Assembly (NCBI GenBank): GCA_027604505.1
Contig: JADIIX010000044.1
Location: forward strand, 1-64,000
Length of the DNA: 64,000 nucleotides
From: Gonapodya sp. JEL0774
Lineage: Eukaryota
Reading direction: 5' to 3'
The notes under the pieces were generated by a model. It saw only the letters and a list, made by a program, of their open reading frames with translations, did not search any database and had not been told where the DNA came from. Shown here in pieces: positions 12,901-24,982 of the stretch (positions are counted from its first letter, which is position 1; each line of letters starts with the position of its first letter). Both the position numbers and the translations under genes were made by a program.

Positions 12901-14673
12901 AACAACTTGAAACGTTTGTTGAAAAACTTACCTTCGCTCACGACTTCAGCCAGTCCTTCAACGACAAAGAACATGCTGCTCCCCCTGTCCCCTTTCCTGA
13001 CCACTGGCTCCCCAGCTTTAATGACACCAATTTTCATCCTCAATGCAATCTCGTGGAGCACTCCAATTTCCACGTTGGAGTTTCTGAATAGGTCCACCGA
13101 CTTGAGCTTTTCCCGCACAACGTCAATTTCGGTTGCAAGGGAAGTGCTCTCCCGTTTCCGTGCCACTTCCGCTGCCTGAGCGAACCGGGTTCCGTCATCG
13201 GTGATTGGTGATGAGACATCAGATTTCATTCGAGATGAAGTCTCTTGTTGCTTTAAGCTCGCAACAAGTTTCTCTTCTCTGGTTTGTGAATAGGCGAAAC
13301 GGATTTTGGCCTCCTCCTTAATTTTGGCTCGAATTTCGGGGAACTGAGACAGCACGCCGTCCAAGCTATCCTTCGATAGTCGAAAAACGAGACATGTCCT
13401 GCTTGTGACTCTGACTGATGCTGTCCTGGGCATGTTGAACAACAAGGCGAGCTCCCCGAAGAAGGACCCTGCGGTAAATGTTGCGTACACTTGTTCCGCT
13501 CCGGATCGGTCTGGATGATCTCCGTAGACCTCACAAGTGCCACGAATAAGAAAGAACATGTCGTGACCTTCATCTCCTCTCCGGAATATGACGGAGCCGA
13601 GAGAGTATTCAGATGGTTCCAAAGTCAGTGCGAGCATATGAAGAAAGCCGACTTCGGCGTCTCGAAACAGCGGAACCTTAATTTCATAGGGATAAAGAAC
13701 TTGTATGAAAAGGGAAAGAGTGTCCATCGATCCCAGAGAAGACCAGGGAACTTTCATTACGGACCTTTTGAAGATCCTCTTTGGTCATTCCGAGTTTCAA
13801 TTCTTCTCCGAACGCAACGTTAATCTTTCGTTCTTGCTGTTTGATGTAGTTCTGAAATCTTTCAGCGGCTATCAATCTCAAACTTTCAGACGCCTCCGGA
13901 TGACTCTCCAGCACTTTGGCGAGCTTGTCCTTCGTAAGGGACATGAGGATACATCGTCCGCGCGTCCTACAAGAAACTGTTCGTGGCACAGAGAAGAGCA
14001 CTCCAATTTCACCGATGAAATTTCCTTCTCCGACAATGTTCAGAATCGTTTCACCGTCCTCTGACACTGCCTCAATCTCCCCTCTGACGATGAAAAACAT
14101 GGCCCGTCCTACTTCTCCCTTACGGATAACAGTGTGATTTGGTTCGTGAACGCGTATATGCATCTCGGAGATAAGATTACGAAGGAAGGCTTCGGATAGG
14201 TTTTTAAACAAAGAGTGGGATTTGAGGACTGTGAGGAGAACTGAAGTCATAGTCGCAAGATTTGAGTTAGAGAGGCTTTTCGATGAGAGTTTTGTGGATG
14301 TCTGAAGCGTATCGTTCTCAGGTAGGAGGTCATTGGCAAACCCAGCTCCAGATTCTGGTAGTGATTCATCAAGTCCCATCCCAGAGCCCAAGCCACCGGT
14401 TCGCTGTTTGGACGATGGGGAGCTTTTCGTTGTCTTTCGATCCGGTGTGCCGGTTTGGATCGCCCCATGGTCTGTTAGAAGGATTCTTGAAACAAGAGCC
14501 TTTGAGGATGGGGGAGGTGATGGAGAAGGCTGGGGGAGATCGTCTGCGGCAAAGAAGCTTGCAGACTTCTCAACAACTACTTGGGATACAGATGCTTTAA
14601 GTTGCTGAGCGTTTGGTGTTTCGTGCTGGAGCAGATTGTCGAGAGGGGACTTCGGTGGGGATTTTGTGACCAT
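9918..14673 (-). CDS. Protein with four cyclic-nucleotide-binding domains, an F-box and LRRs
   Basis: Four cNMP cassettes (GEIGVLFSVPRT, GELALLFNMPRT, GEVALFYDVPRT, GEVGVIKKCTRT), F-box LLTNLPASVAGRIVQNLD...SRHW, and Cys-containing LRRs. The two halves join in frame through GT-AG introns (KARSPT|MSSR; DIPAE|HPTRR). Confidence 0.85.
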
Positions 14674-14973
14674 TGCGACTTGCGCAAGAGTCTTTGCAAT
14701 TACTTAAGAAGCGATTGCGGGAATGTGTCTCTATGTCTTGTGCGCTTGTTCTGCTGTTGATCTGTCAAGGCACCAATCAAGTGGTGATCACGTCCCATCC
14801 TCCGAGTGCCTGCGGAATACTCCGTCCAGAGGGAAACCTCACTTGCCTCAAACAGGTCTTCATCAACGTTGTAAGGAGCTAAAAAAAAATATCAATCTTT
14901 CTCAAACGGTCTTTTCCGGGCAGGTGAGTTGAAATGGATACTGGAACTTCGTTTACGCGATACATTTTTTGGC

Positions 14974-17379
14974 TTATATGCTTTTCGTTATCATACTGTC
15001 CCTCGCAGCACCGATTCCAATATATTCCACTATGAGAAGATTGATAAGTGTCCATATATTAAGAGCACTCACTGCAGGAAGAAAACGACTTGCCTTTCAC
15101 TCCTACGAGCTCCTGAATCCTCTCAACATATTTCTTCGCGTTCTCTGGCAATTCCTCCCACTTTTTGCACCTACCGGTGCTCTCCTTCCACCCAGGCAGG
15201 TCCTCGTAAACCACATCGCACTCCTCAAGTGTATGAAGGTCTGCAGGAAAGACGTCCATGATCCTGCCACTCGGCCGATGCTTGTAGGCAACACCGATGC
15301 GGATGGTCGGGAGGCCGTCGAGAATGTCGAGCTTGGTTATATTTAGCCTGGAGGCGAGCAAGTCCAATCACGTCGAACTAAATGTGAGAAGCGGGTGATA
15401 TGCTCACGAATCGTATCCATTGACCATGTGACTCCACTTCAATACCACAGCGTCCAACCACCCGCATCGTCGTTTACGGCCAGTGGTCACACCAATTTCG
15501 CCACCAACGGATTGCAAGTGTTCGCCGATCTCCTACAATATCGTGGAGGACAGCGTAGAACAAACTCAAATCACTAGAGGAATAATGTCGGGTCCCATGA
15601 CTCACATTGAGCTGTTCAGTTGGAAAAGGTCCACCGCCAACCCTAGTCGTGTAGGCTTTGACAACCCCAATGACCTTGCCAATGTTCTTCGGAGAAAGTC
15701 CCAGTCCGGTACATACGCCCCCAACTGTAGTGTTCGAAGATGTGACGTAAGGGAAAGTGCCTTGAAACGGGGAAGTTGAAATCGAACGTTTCCTTCGCGA
15801 GGAACTGTAATCTCAATGATAATTCACCGAAATCAATGTCAAGCATGACTGCGTTAGCTCCTTCAACGAGCACCCTCTTCCCGCTTTGGAGAGCTTTGTG
15901 AATGTAGCTCACAGAGTCCACAACATAAGGTCTTATACGCTCTCTGTATTGCCGATACCGGGCCACCTCTGTGTCAACATCATAAGAAAAGTTGCCGTAG
16001 CGGATCTTCTTGTTTGCCACCATTTGTCGAAATCGGGTCTCAAACTGAAAGCGATTGTGCGATAGCGCCGTCAGGAAGCAGATCGTGGTGCGACGTGGGG
16101 GGACGTTTAAACCAATTAGACGAAGGTTTGGAAGAAAATACTCATCCTATGATCATGCAGCCACCGACTCACTTCATTGAAATCATCCGCAATCAAATGA
16201 TGTACCCTCACACCCCCCCTGCTGGCCTTACTGGAATAAGCCGGACCGATCCCCTTCTTCGTGGTACCGATTTCCTGTTTATGAGAGGCCAACTCCCCTT
16301 CCTTGAGCCCATCAATAATTTGGTGGAGATCAAAGACGAGGTGACAGCGGTCTGAAACGAACAATCTGTTCTTGCAGGAAACGCCTGGGGAGACAATTTC
16401 GGGAAAGACGAGAGTTTAAACTGAAAGCCGCTTCTCCCCGGACCACAAACAAAACAAGCTCCCGCAGTGTGGTTTGTGAGTCCACGAGGGTGCACTTTTG
16501 TGCATTTCAATCCATATATCAAGAACACCTCTGACAAACCCAACGTCGCAACTCTACTGCATCCTGTCCTGCGAGTGCGTACCCTGTACAATCAATGCTA
16601 TGCAGCAGCACGGACCTTTTCCTTCGGTGGTCTCAACCTCGGCAAAAAAGCTGGGCAGGTGAAGAACAACCCCTGACCCGACGAGCGATACCGTGCTTGG
16701 AGCTCCAAGGAGGCCCGATGGCAGCATATGGAAGTCAAACTTCACGCCATTGACGACAATCGTGTGACCAGCGTTATTACCACCCTGTGACACAAGAATA
16801 TGGTGAGCGACCAATGAGCAGTGCAGTTGGCAAGTGCGGTGAATAAATACGCAGAAGCCGACCCAACAGAATGCTGCCCTAGCTTCCATCATCTCCGCCA
16901 ATCCAAAAAGAATTGGGATGGTATTTCCATAATTGGTACATATTCCATTCCATGATAACTGTACTGAAGGAAACCGCTGGGTGCTGAAGGGACCTCTCAG
17001 GGATTTGCGTTCCTGTTTGGCACCCTCTGGTCCGTTTCCACGTGACACACACCTGGCATCTCGCAACAAGATCTGCGTCTTGGGTGAGGATGTCCACAAG
17101 CTTTCCCTTTCCTTCGTCACCCCATTGTGCACCAAGAACGACGAGTGCCTGTCGATTGAAAGCACAAGAGGATGATGATGAGCGATACCAGCAGATTGCA
17201 AGGACGGTTTGGGCATCGTGATAGCTATCATGTTGACGTTGAAAATCAACAAGATGGCGGAAGCGCGTACAAGATCCTGTGTGCTACTGGACAGATCCGT
17301 TCCCCGCCACTCAAACTTCCCCATCAATCCTCACCACCCTTACCTTGTTTTCAGCACCGTGATTACCGTTAGTCGCCAT
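14974..17379 (-). CDS. ADE12: Adenylosuccinate synthetase
   Basis: [51 protein letters not shown] and TKLDILD motifs across exons. Ends [18 protein letters not shown]. Confidence 0.97.
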
Positions 17380-17916
17380 CGCCGCTCCTTTGTCGTGGGG
17401 AGCGTCGATTAAAGAGAAGAAGGTTCGGATCCGTGCCACATCAGTCGGAACTGCCCCAGAAACTTAACCACGGCAAATTTCTTCCATCCTAATTAGAATT
17501 GAGCTGTAATTTCGAAACCAAGAGTATGGAATTAGACAGTGTCCATTGTAGATAATATTTGGGCCGGCAGACAGTGGTATCACAGATACGTGGTCTCACG
17601 AGGAATAAACAGACGCAAGTTCAAGCATTGTCTAGTCTGCCACAAATCTTTTGTTCATTTCAGAAGCAAGTGGTCAAATGGGGATGACGTAACAATAACC
17701 TTGGAGGGTGAGGGGTTTAGAGGATGCCTGTGGTCGCAAGTTGATGGTTTGTGAAACGACTGAGTGCGCGGCGAAGGGACTGACAACGCAGCCAAAACGT
17801 TTGGACTTCTCCGCAGACTTTTTCCGTAGACATAATACAGGTACATGTGACATCCAGGTTTCGCGCTCCCCGCTGAGAACCAACTTCTCAAGAGTACGTG
17901 AACATTTTGAAAGGAC

Positions 17917-20900
17917 ATGGAGCAGGGCGTGGTGAAACCTGTGGTAGGACGCAATTCCAGACGGAGTACCAAAGCTTGCGGTAAGAGGAGTCACGATTAA
18001 CGTGAGAATATGTCGCCATCATGAGCTAACTTTGTGATCTCGACCTCAAGACTCATGTTCACGTCGTGAGTTGAGTTACCCGAAAGGAAACCTGCATCGC
18101 AGACAATCATAGCAAAGAAAGGTGAATGATCGCTCGTAGGCAAAGTCCGTTGTGACGAAGGGCATCCATGTGGGCCTTGCATATCTAATGGTGGTGAATG
18201 CACTTGGGAGAGAGCTGCACTCAAGGTAGGTCTACGAGCAAGTCTTGTTTGTCAACGTATCTACTAACTCCTCCTCTCCAATGCACAGCGCGGACCCAAA
18301 AAGGGGCAGCCATCTCCATTCTTCCGGAAGTTCAAGCGTCTTGAAGCACTGGTAATGGCGTCGATTGCGACAAATTCCGCTCTCGCTGGCGCAACTCCAG
18401 ACTCTCCTGGAGTATTCGTTTCCGGTGACCCAACCCTCCATCATCCTGTGCCAAACCTTGACAAGATACTTGATTCATTCCAAGATAAGATCGTGAATCG
18501 TGGGTATCCCGGATCAACGGGAAAGTCAAGCATGTTCAGTAATAGAGTCCTATAAGATTCGAGACCCCAGAGCGATCTTTTACCGATTCAATCGAAGCCA
18601 ACTCTCGGTGTCAGTCAACCATACTCGAATACCTCGAGTGTACCGTCCGACACCACCACTTTGTTCATCCCTGATCTTCTGGGTACAGTCGCCAATCCAG
18701 GTGCTAACTTCCCTCTCTTGGGCGAGCAGCTGCGGAGATCTTTAACTGAAGGAGCACAAATGCTTGCATGGCCACCGCCCGGAGTGGCTCCTCTCAAAGA
18801 TGGTGGGCGAGAGTTCTTTGACACCGAGGAATCGGCGGTTGATCCACGTATGTGGGAATCAGCTGAGGCGATTGTATTTGGTATCGAGTCTGGTATCGAC
18901 TTGACGGTCGATGAAATGGACTCGGGGTACGATTTTAATGCGACATCGTCCATCTCGCCCAACGGGAGTACATGCGATCGTTCACCCTCATCAGCGGGCA
19001 CGCCGAATATCGTAACAGTCGGACAATCAGCTAATGCTGTCGATAATGTCGGCGCCATCGGAACTATAACTGGTCTAACGCGAGATGTGGAGTTATTGCT
19101 TCTCCTTGAATACTTCAAATGTGTTTACCCCCAGATGCCCATTGTACATCCGTATACTCTCATAAGTGAATATGCGAGTGGGAAGGTTGAGAGTGTTCTA
19201 CTGCTGTGGTGAGCCACGAGTCGTTTCATTGAGCTCAAAGGAGGTCTCTGTTTTATCTTGGTACTCTCTCTCTCTCTATCACAAGCATTTTTGCTAGTGT
19301 TTCTACATTTGTAAGCGACCCCAGGATTGATCAGGAACGTATCTTCCAGCTCGCTCGCTCCGTGCTATACAGCCGTCTTGAGCAAGGTCCTTCCGTGCTT
19401 CTCGTACAGGTGTGTTCTTACAAACTTATATGTGACTGCTTTGTACAATCACGTTGAACCCTGTTTCGTAAGTCCCTCCTACATGCAAACCTTTACGCTG
19501 CTAGCACAGGTTCGCGTGGTACTCTCTCGTATCTCTACACGGGGATGGCGATAAGTATGGCTCAACAAATTGGTCTTAACTTGGACCCGGACGACCTACG
19601 TCCGTCTGAAGCCTTGTCTGACTCGCTGACTTGGATTGAGAAAGAGACCCGCAGACGATTGTACTGGGCTGTGTATGCTCTCGACAAGCAATCGTCATTG
19701 ATTGCCTCTCGCAGTTGCATGATTCGAGATGAAGACTGCAAAGCTCGTCTCCCTTGCAAGCAAATAGTGTGGGAGACGGTGGCCGTGTCAGGTCCCGGAA
19801 ACGCCCCGTATGCAAGCCAACCGGGCTTGAACGTTAGCCAAATAGTGCAACTTGCCGCAACTGGACTCGAGTCATGGCCATCACAATGTGTTGCCAAATC
19901 TTTATCCCTGAACTGGGGGATTATTTTCGCAAGAAACCCTGAACTCTTGATTGACTCACAAGTAGAGAAACGGAATGCAGATGCATGGCCAACCGTTGTG
20001 AGTTTTGCCCATATATTCCTTTCCATTTACCAAAAATGTAAAACTCATGAAACTTTCATGAACCTCCAGCGATGGTCGGAACTTACACGCGATGAGAGGA
20101 TGCTGTTCGACAAGAACCGGCCAGGCCTTGTATCGTTTCCTGAGCAATCCGACCCATTTGGCTGGCTGGTAATACTGGAGAACATCTTCGGCAAGGTGAT
20201 TGCCTATATCCGCAACGAAGATGTTTTCATGAGAGAGAAAACCACGAGAACCTCTTTCAGGTCGCCGGATTCCATTCACAGTGTCTCTCGGATTCAGTAA
20301 ATGTATTCCGGTCTCCTACGACACCAGAGGAGCGTTCCGCGGCCGCACGTCTTCTATTCCTTGATCAAACTCTCAATGACTGGCGATCATCCCTTCCGTC
20401 TTGGAGCGTGGACTTCACACGTGGGTTCAGTCGTGTACTAGTCGGCGAATCCGATGCAGGATCATTATCAGATATCCAGACACGAAACGCACCGCGCCTT
20501 CCATATTATTTCCTGTTCTTGCAAGTCATGTATCGCAGCGCTGCAATTGCATTACATCGCCCGCCTGACATTTTGACAATGGCTCGAAATGACAGCTGGG
20601 TAGGGAGCGAGAGCTTTGTTGTGGCCTGCGTTCACGCTGCGGAAATGACGGAGTTGGCTGAGCTATCGATGCGAGAGGATCCGAGTTTAGGCTTTTTACC
20701 TCCGTTCGCATCATTTTGTTTCTTTCAAAGTGCCGTTGTACATCTCGTACACGTCAAGCGTCTCTCCTCAGTTCTCACGTCCTCCTCAACTTCCGACCCC
20801 GCGCATAATCTGAATGTAGTCGGTGGCCTAATTGTGGAAGCGCGGCGCAAGGTCCACGTTATTGAACGTGTGCTGGGTGTGATGGGCAAAAGGTGGAAGA

Positions 20901-20944
20901 ATGCCGAGAGACTTCAAGGATTGGTACAGTCAATTATGAATTAG
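17917..20944 (+). CDS. Zn(II)2Cys6 fungal transcription factor with Fungal_trans domain
   Basis: Spliced N-terminus ACDSCSRRKVRCDEGHPCGPCISNGGEC...KRGPK. Middle homology region MAQQIGLN...WIEKETRRRLYWAVYALD. Confidence 0.92.
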
Positions 20945-21577
20945 TCTCTTTCGTGTATTGAGAAATTATTACTTGTGAAACCGAATGCCGTTTTGAGTTT
21001 CCTCTTGTACCAGAAAATTGGCACGGCGCACCAAAGCGTGGGCAAGTGGGTGGCAGTTCCTTTCACTTGTTCTCCTTCAGGCGTAGACTGTCAGTCCGCG
21101 CATTGTACAGGCGAGCAAACTTTTGAGCTATCAGGCGAGATATAGTGAGTGAGACGCAAAGGAGTTGCCCTTAGGTTCTCCGGGATGGCTAAGGAAGAGA
21201 TAAAAGTCGACGAGTTGTGACCAGAATCAGGCCGTCGGAAAGTGCATAGTCTGTCTGTGGTGACAAAGGGAGCACGAGGCTCTCTAGGATACCAAGCAAC
21301 GAGTTGTTGAAGGATAGCGGATTTGGTGCTTAGGGAAGATGACCGTCAACGTCAAAAAGGAGGAACTTTGTGCTTGTACCTCATTCGCGTGGTGATATCA
21401 AAACGCTAAACTTCTTATGCCTTACGAAAATTTACTCTTGTTTTCAGCTCTCCCGCTTCATAGTCCTCATTCCATCGTATTGCCGTTCTTCTTTCCCCCT
21501 GTTGGTCGACACCACTCGCTCGTCCCATCCACAAGCCCCTTTCTAATTCGCGCCAGAGTTTCCGCCAGAGCTGCCTT

Positions 21578-21766
21578 ATGCTTGTTTTCCATCATCGGCA
21601 TAGAAGGTCTCTTGTCTCACTATCTCGGCAATCCCATCCTAGAGCTCGCGCACGTGCAAGTTCCCCCAAGCATTCCTCTTCTTCAAATTTGCTCCATCCG
21701 CCGGCCCCGGTCTGAATGATTCGAGCGCCGAAATTCAAACAAGAAAAAGCATTTCTCCATTGGTAG
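21578..21766 (+). promoter_or_regulatory. Candidate poor-context uORFs in the eIF5 leader
   Basis: ATG 21578 (C at -3) opens 45 codons ending TGA 21715. ATG 21716 (T at -3) opens 16 codons. The TSS is unknown. Confidence 0.45.
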
Positions 21767-21923
21767 CATTCCCCGCAGCTTTTGGGACACTTATCCCACT
21801 ACCAAATCGACGAACCATTTCGATTCTTCGCGGTTCCTTTTTTGCCTGTTGGAAACTCAAGAGCAGCATTACTGTCCCGTCTTCCCATTTTGATACAAAA
21901 ACTCTGCACGCTTACTCGCAGTC

Positions 21924-23488
21924 ATGGCTACCATCAATATCTCCAAAAGCGATGATCCCTTCTACAGGTACAAGATGCCTAGAGTAAGTCTTAGACGAGA
22001 AATTTTTTCTTTTCCCTTTTTCATATTCCGTATTACCACCTCATTCCAGGTGGTTGCCAAGATTGAAGGCAGGGGTAACGGCATCAAAACCGTCATTCCG
22101 AATATGCCCGAAATCGCAAAAGCCCTGGCGAGAGATCCGTCCTGTAAGTTCTGTTAAACATCATTACTCCTTCAATGCTAGGGCAGATGTGATGAATCAC
22201 GTCCGTTCGTTCAGACCCCACCAAGTTCTTTGGATTCGAACTCGGCGCACAATCTACGATTGACATCAGGAACAGCAAGTACATTGTCAACGGCGCTTTC
22301 GATGCCGGTCGGCTGCAGGAAGTGATGGACAAGTTCATCGAGAAGTACGTCCTTTGCGGCAAGTGCGGAAACCCGGAAACGGATCTCATCATCAAGAAGG
22401 ATGACACCATCATTCTGAGGTGCAAAGCTTGTGGAAGGGACTCCCTCGCTGACAAGACGCACAAGTGCACGGGCTACATTATCAAGAATCCACCTGTGGA
22501 CTCCAAGAAGTCGAAGAAGTATGTCTTTGTTTTGTAGTAATCAAGTCGTTTGAATTCCTGACTTGGCCAACATGAAACAGGGACAAGAGTGCGAAGGGAG
22601 GACCCACTCCTCCAGACTCTCCCAAACACGACTCCGGTCCTGATGATGAAGATCCCGAAGCTGACGCGGCCGCGGACGAAGAGCTCACTCGCCGCATCGA
22701 GGCAGAGGCGAGTGAACTTCATGTTTCAAATGGCAATGACCACGCCGACGACGACGACTGGGCCGAAGACGCTACTCCAGAGGCCGTGGCCAAGAGACAG
22801 GCTGAGCTTAGTGAATCGATATCAAAGTTGTCTATCGCCGGAGAAGATGAAGGGGATGACGAAGGTGCGTCCATTTACATGAGATTATGAGGGATATCCC
22901 GGATGTACTTGCTGACCCGGTTTCATAATCACTAGAGTCGAGCCTTGCTGAGCTCGCCTCGTGGATTCGCGCAAATGGCGATGCTTCCGATGATTCGGTT
23001 GTTGAGCACGCCAAGAAACTGAATATTAAGGATTACAAGATTTTGACCGTGCTCCCTGCCGCTCTTTTCTTCTCTGCTGGCGTTGATGGTCCCCTCAAGG
23101 AGACTCTTGATACGCGCAAGGCGTTGTTCGGTCGTCTGATCAAGTCCGAGAAGGGGCAAAAGAGTGTTTTGGGAGGATTTGAAAAACTTTTCAAAGAAGT
23201 GCCCGACTTATTGCCCAAAGTGCCCATTGCACTCAAGTGGCTTTACGACGAGGATTTGGTGGAGGAGAGTGTGTTCTTGGCGTGGGGCGAGAAATCCAGC
23301 AAGAAGTGAGTAAGGAACAAAAAATTAAGTTGTCACCAGGACTAATGTCTCAACTGCAAATGTTCGCTGTCCTCAGATTCGTTGACAAGTCTACTAACAA
23401 CAAGATTCGCTCAAAAGCAGAGCCTTTCTTGGAGTGGCTCAGACAAGCAGATGAAGACGACAGTGATGAAGAGGAAGATGAAGAGTAG
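21924..23488 (+). CDS. TIF5: Translation initiation factor eIF5
   Basis: [20 protein letters not shown], zinc ribbon CGKCGNPET...CKACG, and W2 domain (LYDEDLVEE...[12 protein letters not shown]). Confidence 0.97.
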
Positions 23489-23584
23489 GGAATAGATTTC
23501 GTAGAGTTCAGCTTTCATGAGATGCCGTTGGGTCAGCGTAGTCAAATGAAAATGTTATATCAGTATGCAACGATTACATAAACT

Positions 23585-24481
23585 CTAAGGAAAGAAAAGT
23601 GTTTTAGCTGCAAAGATCCGTCGACTCTTTGCACTTGCATCTTGAACAAATACAACACATTTCAAAGATGGATCCTCCAGGACCCCAAAATTTTGCAGCT
23701 CCAAAAGTATTGTCGCTCTCCCAACCCCACCAGTCCAATGGACATCTTTCGACCGAACAGACCTAAACGCCACCACCACGGCATCCTCTGTCACAGAGAG
23801 ACCAGAGTTTTCACCGCGCATTATGTTGGTGGTGAGGCGATCTTGGGTGATGGCAATGTTCACCACGATCTCTTCCTTATCACTCGGCGCCTCAACCGTA
23901 ATCAATGCAAGCACAGAGTTGCTGGAAGACTGGCGTTGGACTTTTCCTGAAAGTACATAGAGAGCAGAAGAATTTGCAGTCGTTTGGAGCTCCTTCTTGA
24001 TTATGCTGCAGACTTCTTGCCTTCGCGAGCCAACCACATCCTCTCGATCTCCGTTAACAGTTATCATTGGAGTGTAGACGGATCGTTTTTTATAAAAGTC
24101 AGATCGGGCCCGTTGGCGGTCTGAGAAGGTTGAGTTAGAGTGTGGATCAGCCCAGCCAAGATAGTTCCAATAATCAACGTGATACGAGAGATAGATGATT
24201 TCTACATCTTCCTCCGGGAAAGGAGACTTTTTGATGAGATGCTTCGTTGGACAAGTGTTTGATCAGGTTTGACGGAACTTGCAACGGTGTCCTGAGGGGG
24301 AACTCACGCTCACAACGGCATCGGCTGGTGGGCAGGAAGAGCATCCCTGCGAAGTGTAGAGCTCCACCAGTGCGAATCCTTGATTGCGGGTCGAATCATC
24401 GTTCTTGGGGATCGCTACTTGATTTACAACATAAGCATCACCTGTTGTCGTTCGAGCGGGTTTTGATGTGTCTGATCCCAT
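23585..24481 (-). CDS. DUF1223-like thioredoxin-fold protein
   Basis: VELYTSQGCSSCPPAD, YHVDYWNYLGWADP, VYTPMITVNG and GENSG motifs. One intron. Confidence 0.85.
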
Positions 24482-24982
24482 TCCACTATGTTATTTTTAC
24501 GGCTTGAATATCCGAAATCCATGTGTTTTTAATGGGTCTGTCCAGGGGCGGTGTGTCACGATCGTGTTACGATATGGCTGTGTGGCGTCTCTCGGACATG
24601 CACAAAGCAGATTTACATCGCATCGGGGCATTTTGGATGCACGTGAACCAATTGCCCTTCAGCACACAGACTAGGCTTACTGAAGCTTGCTCTTCACACT
24701 GAGGGGTTTCTGTGGTTCGGAAGGTGCAATCATGGCAGGTTGCACGCGATGATGTCCCGAATGCACTAATTCTAATTCACGTACATATCATGAAACGTTA
24801 GAGGTTTCCGGCAAAAGTGGTCTGGGTTCCGAGGGGGAACGTCCCAGCCTACGGCAAAAGGTACAAAATTGCATCGCGGGCCTTCGCAGTTCCGCCATCG
24901 GAAGAATCTCAAATCAATACAAAAACCTCACAACTTCAATTGATCACTTGTCGAATTCTGATTACACACAAGTACAAACACT

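Noticed and set aside
16386..17341. Longer ADE12 introns as snoRNA hosts, and the 257-aa ORF 16554-17327
   Set aside because: No convincing C/D or H/ACA structure was seen, and the ORF reads through introns into a genuine exon.
24320..24370. Possible selenocysteine in the DUF1223-like redox motif
   Set aside because: Both positions are TGC Cys codons, with no in-frame TGA.
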